This document shows, piece by piece, positions 10,439 through 20,540 of a stretch of DNA of 60,779 nucleotides (positions within the stretch are counted from its first letter, which is position 1; every line of letters starts with the position of its first letter). The notes beneath the pieces are model-generated. The model did not search any database. It saw only the letters and a program-made list of their open reading frames with translations, and was not told the origin of the DNA. Source of the DNA: a virus. Lineage: Duplodnaviria > Caudoviricetes. The stretch covers positions 1 to 60,779 of the IMG/VR virus record IMGVR_UViG_3300042982_000029. One strand, given 5' to 3'. A program made the translations under genes and the position numbers.

Positions 10439-11296
10439 ATGACGAACCTCTTCACGCGCGACGAGTTCGCGACCTGGTGCCAGACCACCATCGCGCCCGA
10501 CGACGCGTTCGCCACGATGGTCATGGATCAGGCCACCGTGCTGGTCGTCGATGCCGCCAACGCGCCCGGCTGGGAGCTTGACCCGAGCACTGCGCCGCGC
10601 CTGGCCAAGCTGATCGCACTCCGCGTCGCCCGCCGGACCTACCTGAACCCCGACCAGGAGCTCTCGAGCACCGTTGGCCCGATCTCCGCGTCGATCCTGA
10701 AGGACGCAGCGGCCGGCATGACCCTGACCGAGACCGAGCTGGCCCAGCTCCTCGACCTGGCGCCCGATGGTGACCCGAACGACGGCGTGCTGTGGGTCCA
10801 GAAGGTCACGCGCGGTACGGCGGACACGCTGCCCATCATCGAGCTGCCGTCCGAGTATGGCCCGATCCCCTACGCCTACGAGGGCGAGACGTCCGCGTTC
10901 GATCCGCTCGTCGACGACGGCGGCAGCGGCTCGTACGACGGCCCGACCATGGCCGCCTTCAGCGCGCTCGCGGCGCAGGTCGCCGGCCTGACCACCACCA
11001 AGGCTGACGTTACCGCAGTCACGCCCAAGGCCGACAAGACGTACGTCGACGCCCAGGACGCCACGAAGGCCGACGCCGCAGCCACGACCGCAGCCCTGGC
11101 CGGCAAGGCTGACGCTGCCGCCACCACGGCCGCCCTGGCCACCAAGGCGGACCAGGCGGCCATCGACGACCTGTTCGACGACGTCAACGCGGAACTGGCC
11201 ACGAAGGCCAACACCGCCGATCTCGGTGTCCAGATCCGCACGACGCAGCCCGAGAGCGGCTCCGGCGAGCTCTGGGCCGACACGACGGGCGCCTGA
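10439..11296 (+). CDS. Head-to-tail adaptor with C-terminal fibre-like extension
   Basis: N-terminal VARRTYLNP..S.TVGP.S...LTETE adaptor motif; C-terminal KAD-containing Ala/Thr repeats. Confidence 0.7.
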   Translation: MTNLFTRDEFATWCQTTIAPDDAFATMVMDQATVLVVDAANAPGWELDPSTAPRLAKLIALRVARRTYLNPDQELSSTVGPISASILKDAAAGMTLTETELAQLLDLAPDGDPNDGVLWVQKVTRGTADTLPIIELPSEYGPIPYAYEGETSAFDPLVDDGGSGSYDGPTMAAFSALAAQVAGLTTTKADVTAVTPKADKTYVDAQDATKADAAATTAALAGKADAAATTAALATKADQAAIDDLFDDVNAELATKANTADLGVQIRTTQPESGSGELWADTTGA

Positions 11297-12039
11297 TGCC
11301 CGGCGACCTGGTGGCCGCCTGGTCGTTCGATTCGGCCCCGTGCGTCGACCATACCGGCAACGGCAACACGATCACCCCGACCGGAAACACGGTCGTCGCG
11401 GCGGGCGGAGCGCACGGCTCCGCCCTCACGCAGATCACGTCGTCCGAGACCTTCACCGCGTTCACGATGCCGTCGGCCTTCAACTCGCCGCAGCGCACCT
11501 GGATGGCTACCGTGAAGTGGGGCGGGTCCGGCGAGGTGGGCTGGCTCGGGGAGTTCTACAACCAGTCCGGCAATACCGGCGTCTGGGGACTGCTCTGCCT
11601 CGGCGGCGCGCTGCAGTTCAGGGCGAAGGACTCCAGTAGCCAGGAGCGGCACGTCGATCTGACCAAGCCGACGGTCTACACGACCGTGACGGCTACGTAC
11701 GACGGCACCAACCTCTCCGTTTACACGGACGACACGCTCATCAGCACGATCCCAATCCCGGCCATTTGGACCGCGACTCACTTTCGCCCCATGGATTTCG
11801 GCTCCGGCGGCCCGACGACGTTCATCGACGACCTGCGGCTCTTCAACGGAGCGCTCACTCCGGAGGAGATCGAGGCCTGGCGTGTCCTTCCGGCCGACCA
11901 GATGCCGGCCGAGGGCGGTAAACTGAAGTACGAGTCGGCCCCGGGCGTCTGGACACCGGTGCCCCTGAAGACGGAGACCGGCGAGCCGCTGGTCGTCAAG
12001 TCTGAGACCAGTCCGGGGACATGGGAGGTACTGCCGTGA
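11296..12039 (+). CDS. LamG/concanavalin A-like domain virion protein
   Basis: LVAAWSFD start, TATYDGTNLSVY and IDDLRLFNGALTPEEI are LamG-type signatures. Confidence 0.75.
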   Translation: MPGDLVAAWSFDSAPCVDHTGNGNTITPTGNTVVAAGGAHGSALTQITSSETFTAFTMPSAFNSPQRTWMATVKWGGSGEVGWLGEFYNQSGNTGVWGLLCLGGALQFRAKDSSSQERHVDLTKPTVYTTVTATYDGTNLSVYTDDTLISTIPIPAIWTATHFRPMDFGSGGPTTFIDDLRLFNGALTPEEIEAWRVLPADQMPAEGGKLKYESAPGVWTPVPLKTETGEPLVVKSETSPGTWEVLP

Positions 12040-12347
12040 GGGGCTCCGAGGACGTCATCGTCCACCCGTACGGCGGCAAGGACCGCCAGGGCGTCGACTC
12101 GTGGGGCGCGGACATCCTGCTCGAGCGGGCAGGCATCCCGTACCCCCGCAGCTCGACCGACCTGGAAGAGGGTGGCACGATCATCGGCGAGAACGTCTTC
12201 ATCCCGGGCGACGCCGGCGCGGCCATCACGTCCGAGGACAACATCACCCTGCGCGGAGTTCGCTATCACATCGAAGGGCGCCCGGAGGACCTCCGTAAGT
12301 CCGGGCGCCGAAAGGGCATCCTGGTCCAGCTTGGCGGTGTCGTGTGA
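12036..12347 (+). CDS. Head-to-tail stopper
   Basis: Synteny; I...D.ITLRGVRYHIEGRP motif; GTGA overlap. Confidence 0.7.
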   Translation: MRGSEDVIVHPYGGKDRQGVDSWGADILLERAGIPYPRSSTDLEEGGTIIGENVFIPGDAGAAITSEDNITLRGVRYHIEGRPEDLRKSGRRKGILVQLGGVV

Positions 12348-12676
12348 GCACCTACAAGCCCAATCACCGGTCGTTCGGTGAGTTCATGCTGTCCCAGCAG
12401 ATCCGCAAGCCGGTCCGCGAGATCGCCGAGCTCATCAAGACCGACGCGGTCGCCGGTACCCCGGTCCGCACTGGCGAGCTGGCCGGCTCGTACGAGGTGA
12501 ACGACGTGACGCCCGTGGTCGCCGGCGGCAACCCGCGCGCAGCGTATGAGGTCCGGAACAGCGACCCGGCGGCCGTTCCGCAGGAGTTCGGCAACAAGCA
12601 CGTCCGTGGCCACCGCATGCTCGGCAAGGCCGCCTCCAAGTTCGGCGACCAGCGTGGCGAAGGAGTGACCGACTGA
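12344..12676 (+). CDS. HK97 gp10-like neck protein
   Basis: PVRTGELAGSY and QEFGN...HRMLGKA motifs. Confidence 0.72.
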   Translation: MSTYKPNHRSFGEFMLSQQIRKPVREIAELIKTDAVAGTPVRTGELAGSYEVNDVTPVVAGGNPRAAYEVRNSDPAAVPQEFGNKHVRGHRMLGKAASKFGDQRGEGVTD

Positions 12677-13062
12677 TGAAGACGTTCCCCGATGTCGAGG
12701 AGGCCGTGATGGCGTTCCTCGACCGCGACGTGCCCGCGATCGCCGAGAAGTCCCGTACCGAGTGGCCGTCCCCGCTGGAGTACCCGGCAGTCAGGATCGA
12801 GCGGCTGCCTGGCCGGCGGAACCGCCTGAACGACTATCCGTGGGTCGATATCGAGGTCCTGGACGAGGGCGTGAACGGCAAGTTGCTTCTGGAGGCCATC
12901 GACACGGCTCTGGCCAGCTATCCTAGGGGTGTAGCAGTCGGCGACAGGTTTGTCAAGCTGGAGCTCGTTCAGGTAATCACGGGTCCTCGGCGACTTCCTT
13001 GGAGCGACGATCGCGTCCGGCGCTACGCCGCGACGTATCAACTACGGACCACCCGTTCCTGA
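12676..13062 (+). CDS. Tail terminator
   Basis: FPDVEEAV start and RRYAATYQL end; directly upstream of the major tail protein. Confidence 0.75.
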   Translation: MKTFPDVEEAVMAFLDRDVPAIAEKSRTEWPSPLEYPAVRIERLPGRRNRLNDYPWVDIEVLDEGVNGKLLLEAIDTALASYPRGVAVGDRFVKLELVQVITGPRRLPWSDDRVRRYAATYQLRTTRS

Positions 13063-13076
13063 AAGGTAGACACACC

Positions 13077-13748
13077 ATGGCAGGTTTTGCCGATCTTCGC
13101 GACAAGAAGACCGAGCTGATCCGCAAGGCCACCGACGGCTCGCTGTTCGTGGCCGAGGGCACGGCGGATCTGATCGACTCGCTGACCACGTACACCGCCG
13201 GTCCCCCGGTGACCATCGTCCCGACCCCGCTGCCGGTAGGCTACGAGGACGTCGGCTGGGTCACCTCGGACGGCTTCGGCACGTCCCGCGACGTCAACAA
13301 CTCGGAGATCACCAGCTTCGGCTCGGTGTCCCCGACGCGTACCGACGTCACGTCCGACACCACGACCCTGACGGGCACCATGCAGGAGACGAAGCTCCTG
13401 ACGCTCGGCCTGGCCACCGGCGCCGACCTCGCGGCCATCACGGCCGACGCGAACAGCGGTGAGGTCGTCATCAAGAAGCCGACCCGGCCGCGCGCCAAGA
13501 ACTACCGGGGTCTGCTCCTGGTCGTCGACGAGAACGAGTCGGGCGAGATCTACATCGCGCGCTTCTTCCCGCGCCTGAAGGTGACCAACTTCGCGGAGCA
13601 GAACTTCACCTCCGGCGACGAGGCCGTCACCTGGGGCGTCACCTGGACGGCCGAGGAGGACAGCGACTACGGCGCGTCCGAGGCGTGGCTGTTCGGTGGG
13701 CCGGGCTGGAAGGCGATCCTCACGGATATGGGAATCGCCTCCGCGTGA
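13077..13748 (+). CDS. Major tail protein
   Basis: GAAAGG RBS; LPVGYEDVGWVTSDG and FGGPGW motifs of actinophage tail tube proteins. Confidence 0.87.
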   Translation: MAGFADLRDKKTELIRKATDGSLFVAEGTADLIDSLTTYTAGPPVTIVPTPLPVGYEDVGWVTSDGFGTSRDVNNSEITSFGSVSPTRTDVTSDTTTLTGTMQETKLLTLGLATGADLAAITADANSGEVVIKKPTRPRAKNYRGLLLVVDENESGEIYIARFFPRLKVTNFAEQNFTSGDEAVTWGVTWTAEEDSDYGASEAWLFGGPGWKAILTDMGIASA

Positions 13749-13771
13749 CCAAAGTCTGATAGTCTGGTCGC

Positions 13772-14350
13772 ATGACCGAGACTGAAGACGCAACGGACTC
13801 CCCTCGTGCATACTCTGTGCATCGAGGGGAGTCCTGTTCTGTGGGTGACTGCATTCGACCCGCAACCCGCCGCGAGTGGTGTGATCCGCACTATCGCCGC
13901 TGGAAGAAGTACGGCGACCCGACCGCTGGCGGGGTCCTGAAGCAGTCGTACCGCACCGGTGGCCAGTGCTCAATCGATCAGTGCTCGACCCCCGCTCGCA
14001 AGCGCGGCTGGTGTCTCCGCCACTACGACCGATGGAGGGCGCACGGAGACCCGCTCTGGACCCCGCGTCTCGAGGGGCATCGTCGGCCCCATGCCGATGG
14101 CTACGTCTACGTTCAGTTTGCCGGCCAGACCTGGCTGGAGCACCGTCTCGTCATGGAGGCGCGCCTTGGTCGCTCGCTCACCCTAACCGAGAATGTCCAC
14201 CACAAGAATGGTGATCGCGCGGACAACCGGATCGACAACCTCGAGATCTGGAACACGGCGCAACCTTCCGGTCAGCGCCCCGAGGACAAGGTGGAGTTCG
14301 CGCTTGAGATGTTGCTCCTGTACGCTCCTGAGCGACTGGCCGCCGGATAG
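13772..14350 (+). CDS. Free-standing HNH homing endonuclease
   Basis: Two C..C...WC..HY.RW Zn modules; EHRLVME...ENVHHKNGDRADNRIDNLE. Confidence 0.9.
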   Translation: MTETEDATDSPRAYSVHRGESCSVGDCIRPATRREWCDPHYRRWKKYGDPTAGGVLKQSYRTGGQCSIDQCSTPARKRGWCLRHYDRWRAHGDPLWTPRLEGHRRPHADGYVYVQFAGQTWLEHRLVMEARLGRSLTLTENVHHKNGDRADNRIDNLEIWNTAQPSGQRPEDKVEFALEMLLLYAPERLAAG

Positions 14351-14425
14351 ACTGGAGACCTGAGGTACGAGAGGGGCGCACTGCCTGGGCGGGCCGGTGC
14401 GCCCCTCCTGCTATGATGTTGTGCT

Positions 14426-14629
14426 ATGACCGATGTATACCGCAAGGACGGCCGGCCCGACCGGCTGGTCGACACCGAGACCGAGCGGACTGCCGCCGTC
14501 TGGGACGGGTTCACGCTCGTCAAGGACGAGAAGCCGTCCGACGCCAAGACCGAGGGTAAGCCCGAGGCCCGTTCGAACGCCGCCGGTACCAACACCGGCA
14601 GCACCAAGCCGCCGACCGCCACCAACTGA
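14426..14629 (+). CDS. Small hypothetical protein in the tail operon
   Basis: 67-aa ORF with typical codon usage, preceded by a hairpin and a TATGAT -10-like box. Confidence 0.6.
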   Translation: MTDVYRKDGRPDRLVDTETERTAAVWDGFTLVKDEKPSDAKTEGKPEARSNAAGTNTGSTKPPTATN

Positions 14630-14649
14630 GCAAGGAGCCCGCCCACACC

Positions 14650-15003
14650 ATGGCTACTACACGTCGCCCTCAGGACCGCAAGCCCGCGTCCAACGTGACC
14701 GCTCTCCCGGAGAAGGTCCACTACTCGCTGCTCGTCGACAACGAGGAGCCGGCGGAGCCGTTCCGGCTCGAGCTGGACGAGGACACCATCGTCGAGCTGA
14801 CCGACCCGACTGAACTGCCGGTCGAGGAGCTGGCCGCCATGCGCGAGCCGCTCGCCTTCCTCCGCTCGACCGCGCCCGACCAGGAGACCCTGGACGTGCT
14901 GCGGAAGCTGTCCGCGAAGAAGTTCGGCAAGGTCATGCGGGCCTACTTCGAGCACTTCGGGATCGATGACGCGCCGGGAAAATCGAACGGCTTGGGTTTC
15001 TGA
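14650..15003 (+). CDS. Tail assembly chaperone (short form)
   Basis: AAGGAG RBS; position before the tape measure gene; ends just after a slippery site. Confidence 0.82.
   Translation: MATTRRPQDRKPASNVTALPEKVHYSLLVDNEEPAEPFRLELDEDTIVELTDPTELPVEELAAMREPLAFLRSTAPDQETLDVLRKLSAKKFGKVMRAYFEHFGIDDAPGKSNGLGF
14976..14982 (+). other. Programmed -1 frameshift site G GGA AAA giving a long chaperone 14650..15476
   Basis: In-frame XXXYYYZ heptamer; the -1 frame is open through 15476. Confidence 0.85.
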
Positions 15004-15517
15004 TCGATCGGTACTTCCCGCAGATCGAGGTCGACTTCGCCCGTCACTACCCTGGGATTGATCCCGGCGAGTTGTGGCGGGCGAGGCGTTTCCGGCGCCT
15101 GCTCAACCTGATCGACCATCTGCCGAGGAACACGTACTACTCCCAAGCCGTGATGAACGATCCCGAGCACATGGCGATGCTCGACCGCGTGAAGGAGCAG
15201 GGCGACCCCGGTCCGCCGCCGCTCCCGCCGCTGGCCACCTGGTCAGCCGAGGTCGACATGGGCGCCACGATCAACGACTCGATCCAGCAGCTCATGGACG
15301 CCCTGATCCGGTCGAACGTCGACAAGGCGCACCAGAAGAGCGTGCCGCCGATCAAGTGGACTCCGCGCCCTGGCCGGCCGGTCGACTCGGTCAAGAAGGA
15401 CATGCTTACCCCCGAAGAGAAGAAGGCTCGTCACCAGCGCGCCGTGGAGCTGTTCAAGCCCCGTCCGGTCGACTGATAGACTGTCTGTGACCCGTTTACA
15501 CGCGAGAGGACCGGCCG

Positions 15518-18500
15518 ATGGCTGACGACGGCTTTGACGCCGGTTCGATCTTCGTCCAGGTCGTGCCCTCGTTCCGGGACACGCAGCGGATCATCGAGAA
15601 GGAGTCGAAGAGCTTCGGCGACCGGCTCGAGAAGGATCTCTCCGAGGGCATGGAGCGCGGCGCCGAGCGCGGCGCCAAGAAGGCCTCCGAGAAGCTGTCC
15701 GGCCTGACCGACGAGGTCGGCAAGAACGCCGACAAGTCCGGTGAGAAGGCGGCCGACGAGTACGCCGGCGCGTTCCGGACCAAGCTGCAGAACGCGCTCC
15801 GCTCCATGGAGAAGGAGCTCAAGCCGATCGAGTTCAACACGGGCTCGACCAAGGCGCTCGCCGACCTGGACCGCATCAAGGCCAAGATCGCGGAGCTGAA
15901 CGACGCCGAGATCAAGCCCGGCATGTCGACCACCAAGATCCGCAAGGACATGGACGACCTGCTCCGCGACCTGCAGAACCTCGGCAAGGACTCCGAGATC
16001 GAGGTCAAGGCCGACTTCAACGAGGCCCGCCGCGCGGCGGAGGCCTTCAAGAAGTACGTCGAGTCCATCGACCCGAAGGTCGAGCTCGAGGTCGAGACCA
16101 AGACGGCTGAGCGGCAGCTCGGTGAGTTCGAGTCGAAGATGAAGGCCTCCATCAAGGGCGCCATGAAGGCGATCGGCGACCAGTCCGGTCCCGAGCTGGC
16201 CAAGCTGAAGAAGCGCCTGGAATCCCTGAGCGACGCCGACATCGACATCGACATCTCGGCCGCCGACGCCCTGCGGGAGCTCGAGGACATCCACCGCGAC
16301 CTCGCGCAGATCAACGGCACCACTGCCACCGCGCGCGTTCGGGTCGACTCCGGCAAGGCGCTCGCCGAGCTGATCCTGCTGAACCGCGAGGTCGACAAGC
16401 TCGACGGCCAGACCGCGAAGGTGAACGCCCGCACGAAGGGCCGGGGCCTCGTGTCCTGGCTGATCGGCGGCACCGGCACCGGCGGTCGCGGCGGCGAGGC
16501 GGCCACGGCGTTCCGTACGTTCAACGGCGTCCTTCTCACGGCCGTCACCCTCGGCCCCGCGCTGATCCCGATCCTGGCCGGCATCGCTGGCGGCCTCCTG
16601 GCGATCGGCCCGGCGGCCCTGTCCGGCGTCGCTGGCCTGGGCACGCTGCTGCTCGCCTTCGGCGGGATCGGTAACGCCCTCCAGGCTCTGAACCAGGCAG
16701 AGACTAAGTCCGCGAAGGACTCGGTCACCGCTGCCCGTACGATGCGCAACGCTGCGCAGGGTGTCGAGGATGCCCAGCGCTCACTGACTCGCGCACGGCG
16801 AGACGCAAAGCAGGCCGGCCTGGACGCGGCGAAGGCTGTCGCGGACGCTGAGGAGGAGGCGGCCCAGCGTAACGCGGACGCTGCTCGCCGTGTCGCTGAC
16901 ACGCGCGAGCAGGTCGCCCGCCAGACCGAGGCTGCCCTGAAGCGTCAGCAGGACGCTGAGGAGCGCCTGGCCGACACGCAGCGCGACGCCACTCGGGCGC
17001 AGGAGGATCTGGCCGCAGCTCGCCTGCAGGCCCAGAAGGACCTCGACGACATCGCGGACAAGAGCCGGCAGAACGCGCTCGACATCCGGCAGGCCACCAT
17101 CGACCTGTTCGACGCGACCACCGCGAACAACGCGGTCCAGGCTGACCCTGGCGCGACGAACAAGGAGAAGGAGCAGTCGGACATCAACCTGAAGCAGGCC
17201 CAGCTCCGGCTTGAGCAGCTTCGGGACACCGAGAAGGACCTGGCTGAGCAGAAGGCCAAGGGCGACAAGGGCGGTGTAAACGGCACTGATCGGGTCATCC
17301 AGGCCCAGCAGCGGCTGAACGACGCCCTGAAGGCCCAGAAGGATGCCCAGGACGATGTGGCCGACTCGGCCGCAGAACTGCGCCAGACCCAGACGGACGG
17401 CCTGCAGGCGGTCGCTGACGCCCTCAAGGCGCAGAAGGACGCGGCGAAGGATGGCCAGGACAGCATCGCGGCTGCTGTAGAGGCTCAGCGACGCGCGCAG
17501 GTCTCGGCCGCCGAGTCCATCGGCGACGCGCAGCGCGGCCTCCAGCGCGCCCAGCAGTCCTACAGCGACGCGCTCTACGACACCGGCGAGCAGGGCTCTG
17601 CGGCGATGCAGAAGGTCCGCGACGCCATGAGCAAGCTGGGCCCCGACGCCCAGCGCTTCACCCTGTTCATCTTCGGCCTGCGCGACGAGTTCTATAAGCT
17701 ACGCAACGTGGCCGCCGCCGGCATCCTCCCGGGTGTCCAGGAGGCGCTGCAGACCCTGATCACGACCTACGGGCCGTCGCTGTTCAAGTTCGTCGGCGAC
17801 ATGTCCAAGGTCATCGGCGACTTCGCGGTCAAGCTCGGCCAGGTCCTCTCGACCGGCGTGATGAAGGACTTCTTCGGGATCTTCGCGCAGACCGCCCCGC
17901 TCCTGGCCGGCGAGTACGGCAAGGGCTTCCTGCAGTGGATGCAGGTCATCGCCCGGCTGCTCATCGTCTCGACCCCGCTGGCGCTGAAGTTCGCCGGCTG
18001 GCTGACCGACATCGGCAAGAAGGCCAACGAGTTCCTCGACAGCCCCGAGGGCATCAAGATCATGGGCGACTTCTTCCGGTACATCGACCGGATCGCGCCC
18101 AAGGTCGAGAAGTTCTTCAAGAACCTCGGCGCGGCCGTGATCGCCGTCGCTGTCGCGATCGCACCGGTCGGCGAGGACATCCTGACCGTGCTGACGAACG
18201 TGCTCGGCTGGATCGCCGCGATGGACCCGAAGACGCTGCAGCTCATCGTCACGGCGATCCTCGCGATGGCCGCCGCGTTCCAGATCACCGCGATCGCGGT
18301 CGTCGTGCTCTACGCCGCGATCAACTTCTTCGCGAGCCCGCTGCAGCTCATCATCGTCGCGATCCTCGCGGTCGCCCTCGGCCTGTACCTGCTGTACACG
18401 CGCAGCGACACGGCGCGCAAGATCATCGACGCGGCGTTCAGGGGCATCGCGGCCGTGGCGACCTGGCTGTTCGACAACATCCTGAAGCCGGCGATCGCCT

Positions 18501-20539
18501 ACACGATCTGGATCTGGGGCGTCATGGGTAAGGCGTTCTCGGACGTCTGGAACACGATCCTGAAGCCGGTATTCACCGTGCTCGGCGGCATCATCGTGTG
18601 GCTGTGGAAGAAGGTCTTCCTGCCCTACCTGAAGTTCATCATCGACTACTGGACCGTGCTGGCCAAGACCTTCTCGTGGGTGTGGAACAACCTGCTGTGG
18701 CCGGTCATCAAGGTCATCGCCAAGATCGTCTGGGAGCTCTGGCTGCTCGGCTTCAAGGTCGCGTTCGCCGCGATCGGTAAGGGCTGGGAGCTGCTCTCGA
18801 ACGCCTTCAAGTGGGTCTGGGACCACGCCCTGAAGCCGCTGTTCGACCTGTTCATGAAGTACATCGGCGACGACCTGGTGAAGGTCTTCAAGTCCGCCGT
18901 CGACCTGATCAAGAAGCACTGGGACACCATCAAGCAGATCGCGATGGCCCCGATCTCGTTCGTGATCGACATCGTCATCAACAAGGGCCTGATCGCCGGC
19001 TTCAACAAGCTGGCCGACGTGTTCCAGATGGACAAGGTCGACCCGATCCCGTGGCCGCCCAAGGGCTTCGCCCGAGGCGGTGTCTACCCGGGCTACACGC
19101 CGGGCCGCGACATCGGCTACATCGGCATCTCCGGCGGTGAGGCGATCATGCGCCCGGAGTGGACCCGCGCCATGCAGCAGATGGACCCGTCGTACATCGA
19201 CGAGGCCAACCGTCGCGCGCGCCTCGGCGGCGTGCAGGGCGTCCGTCGGTTCCTGGGCGGCTTCAAGAACGGTGGCGAGGTCGGCAGCGGCAGCGGGACC
19301 AACATCTTCGCCCGGACCACCTGGCGCGGCAAGCAGTTCGACTACTACACGATCCAGATGATCCAGGCCGCTGAGAAGCTGCTGGGCCGGACCGTGGACA
19401 TCACGCAGGGCTCGTTCAGCACGAGCGTCGCGGCGTCGGGCTCGACCCACGCTGGCGGTGGCGCGCTGGATATCTCGGTGCGGAACCTGTCTACCGCGCT
19501 GCGTCAGGCGACCGTCGCCGCGTTCCGTTCGGTCGGCTTCGCGGCGTGGCTGCGTAACCCGTCGCAGGGCCCGTGGCCGTTCCACATCCACGCGATCGCG
19601 GCCGGCGACCCGACCGCGTCCGACTCCGCCAAGCGGCAGGTCCAGGACTACTACAACGGCGGCAACGGCCTCGGCGGCAAGGACGACGGCCCGGACGTCA
19701 AGAAGGACCCGTCGCTGCTGCACCGGATCCTGGGCGGCATCGGGGACCTGGCCGGCTGGGCGAAGGACGCTCTGGCCGACCCGGCGAAGTGGCTGAAGGC
19801 TCAGATCGGCGAGAAGCTCGGCCAGATCAAGGAAAAGTTCGGCCAGAACAAGCTGACCGACCTGCTCACCAAGATCCCCGAGCGGTTCATCGACGCCATG
19901 GTCGACCGAATCAAGGGCTTCAACCCGTTCGGCGGCGGCGACTCGAGCGACCTGAAGTCGATGGCGCACGAGATGATCAACGCCCAGGGCTGGGGCGCCT
20001 ACTGGAACGACTTCGACTGGCTGGTCAACAAGGAGTCGTCCTGGAACCCGAAGGCGAAGAACCCGACGTCGTCGGCGTACGGCCTGATGCAGTTCCTGGA
20101 CGGCACCTGGGAGAACGGCCGCACCGATGACCCGCGCGAGCAGCTCCGCCAGGGCATCAACTACATCAAGAGCCGGTACGGCAACCCGGCCGAGGCGCGT
20201 CGTTTCCACGAGGCGCACGGCTGGTACAAGGACGGCGGTGTCGTTCCGGACACCCCGGCCGAGCTGTTCTCCACGCCGACGTACTTCCGCGACAGCGGCG
20301 GCACGATCCCGCAGGGCCTGTCGCAGGTCCTGAACCTGACCGGCGACAACGAGCACGCGGCCGTGTTCACCACCGACCAGTGGGAGCACCTCCAGACGGG
20401 CGCCGGTGGCGACATCAACATCAACGTGCCGATGTCCCCGACCCGGTCCACGCCGGCTGAGGTCGCCGATGAGGTACTCTTTGCTGCACGGCGTATCCGC
20501 CGTGGCGGGGCGTACCTTGGCGCGAATGGGAGCGACTGA
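15518..20539 (+). CDS. Tape measure protein with C-terminal peptidase-like and lytic transglycosylase domains
   Basis: 1673 aa; Ala-rich coiled coil and Trp-periodic repeats; STHAGGGALDIS...HIH; KESSWNPKAKNPTSSAYGLMQFL (SLT). Confidence 0.93.
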   Translation: MADDGFDAGSIFVQVVPSFRDTQRIIEKESKSFGDRLEKDLSEGMERGAERGAKKASEKLSGLTDEVGKNADKSGEKAADEYAGAFRTKLQNALRSMEKELKPIEFNTGSTKALADLDRIKAKIAELNDAEIKPGMSTTKIRKDMDDLLRDLQNLGKDSEIEVKADFNEARRAAEAFKKYVESIDPKVELEVETKTAERQLGEFESKMKASIKGAMKAIGDQSGPELAKLKKRLESLSDADIDIDISAADALRELEDIHRDLAQINGTTATARVRVDSGKALAELILLNREVDKLDGQTAKVNARTKGRGLVSWLIGGTGTGGRGGEAATAFRTFNGVLLTAVTLGPALIPILAGIAGGLLAIGPAALSGVAGLGTLLLAFGGIGNALQALNQAETKSAKDSVTAARTMRNAAQGVEDAQRSLTRARRDAKQAGLDAAKAVADAEEEAAQRNADAARRVADTREQVARQTEAALKRQQDAEERLADTQRDATRAQEDLAAARLQAQKDLDDIADKSRQNALDIRQATIDLFDATTANNAVQADPGATNKEKEQSDINLKQAQLRLEQLRDTEKDLAEQKAKGDKGGVNGTDRVIQAQQRLNDALKAQKDAQDDVADSAAELRQTQTDGLQAVADALKAQKDAAKDGQDSIAAAVEAQRRAQVSAAESIGDAQRGLQRAQQSYSDALYDTGEQGSAAMQKVRDAMSKLGPDAQRFTLFIFGLRDEFYKLRNVAAAGILPGVQEALQTLITTYGPSLFKFVGDMSKVIGDFAVKLGQVLSTGVMKDFFGIFAQTAPLLAGEYGKGFLQWMQVIARLLIVSTPLALKFAGWLTDIGKKANEFLDSPEGIKIMGDFFRYIDRIAPKVEKFFKNLGAAVIAVAVAIAPVGEDILTVLTNVLGWIAAMDPKTLQLIVTAILAMAAAFQITAIAVVVLYAAINFFASPLQLIIVAILAVALGLYLLYTRSDTARKIIDAAFRGIAAVATWLFDNILKPAIAYTIWIWGVMGKAFSDVWNTILKPVFTVLGGIIVWLWKKVFLPYLKFIIDYWTVLAKTFSWVWNNLLWPVIKVIAKIVWELWLLGFKVAFAAIGKGWELLSNAFKWVWDHALKPLFDLFMKYIGDDLVKVFKSAVDLIKKHWDTIKQIAMAPISFVIDIVINKGLIAGFNKLADVFQMDKVDPIPWPPKGFARGGVYPGYTPGRDIGYIGISGGEAIMRPEWTRAMQQMDPSYIDEANRRARLGGVQGVRRFLGGFKNGGEVGSGSGTNIFARTTWRGKQFDYYTIQMIQAAEKLLGRTVDITQGSFSTSVAASGSTHAGGGALDISVRNLSTALRQATVAAFRSVGFAAWLRNPSQGPWPFHIHAIAAGDPTASDSAKRQVQDYYNGGNGLGGKDDGPDVKKDPSLLHRILGGIGDLAGWAKDALADPAKWLKAQIGEKLGQIKEKFGQNKLTDLLTKIPERFIDAMVDRIKGFNPFGGGDSSDLKSMAHEMINAQGWGAYWNDFDWLVNKESSWNPKAKNPTSSAYGLMQFLDGTWENGRTDDPREQLRQGINYIKSRYGNPAEARRFHEAHGWYKDGGVVPDTPAELFSTPTYFRDSGGTIPQGLSQVLNLTGDNEHAAVFTTDQWEHLQTGAGGDININVPMSPTRSTPAEVADEVLFAARRIRRGGAYLGANGSD

Positions 20540-20540
20540 C

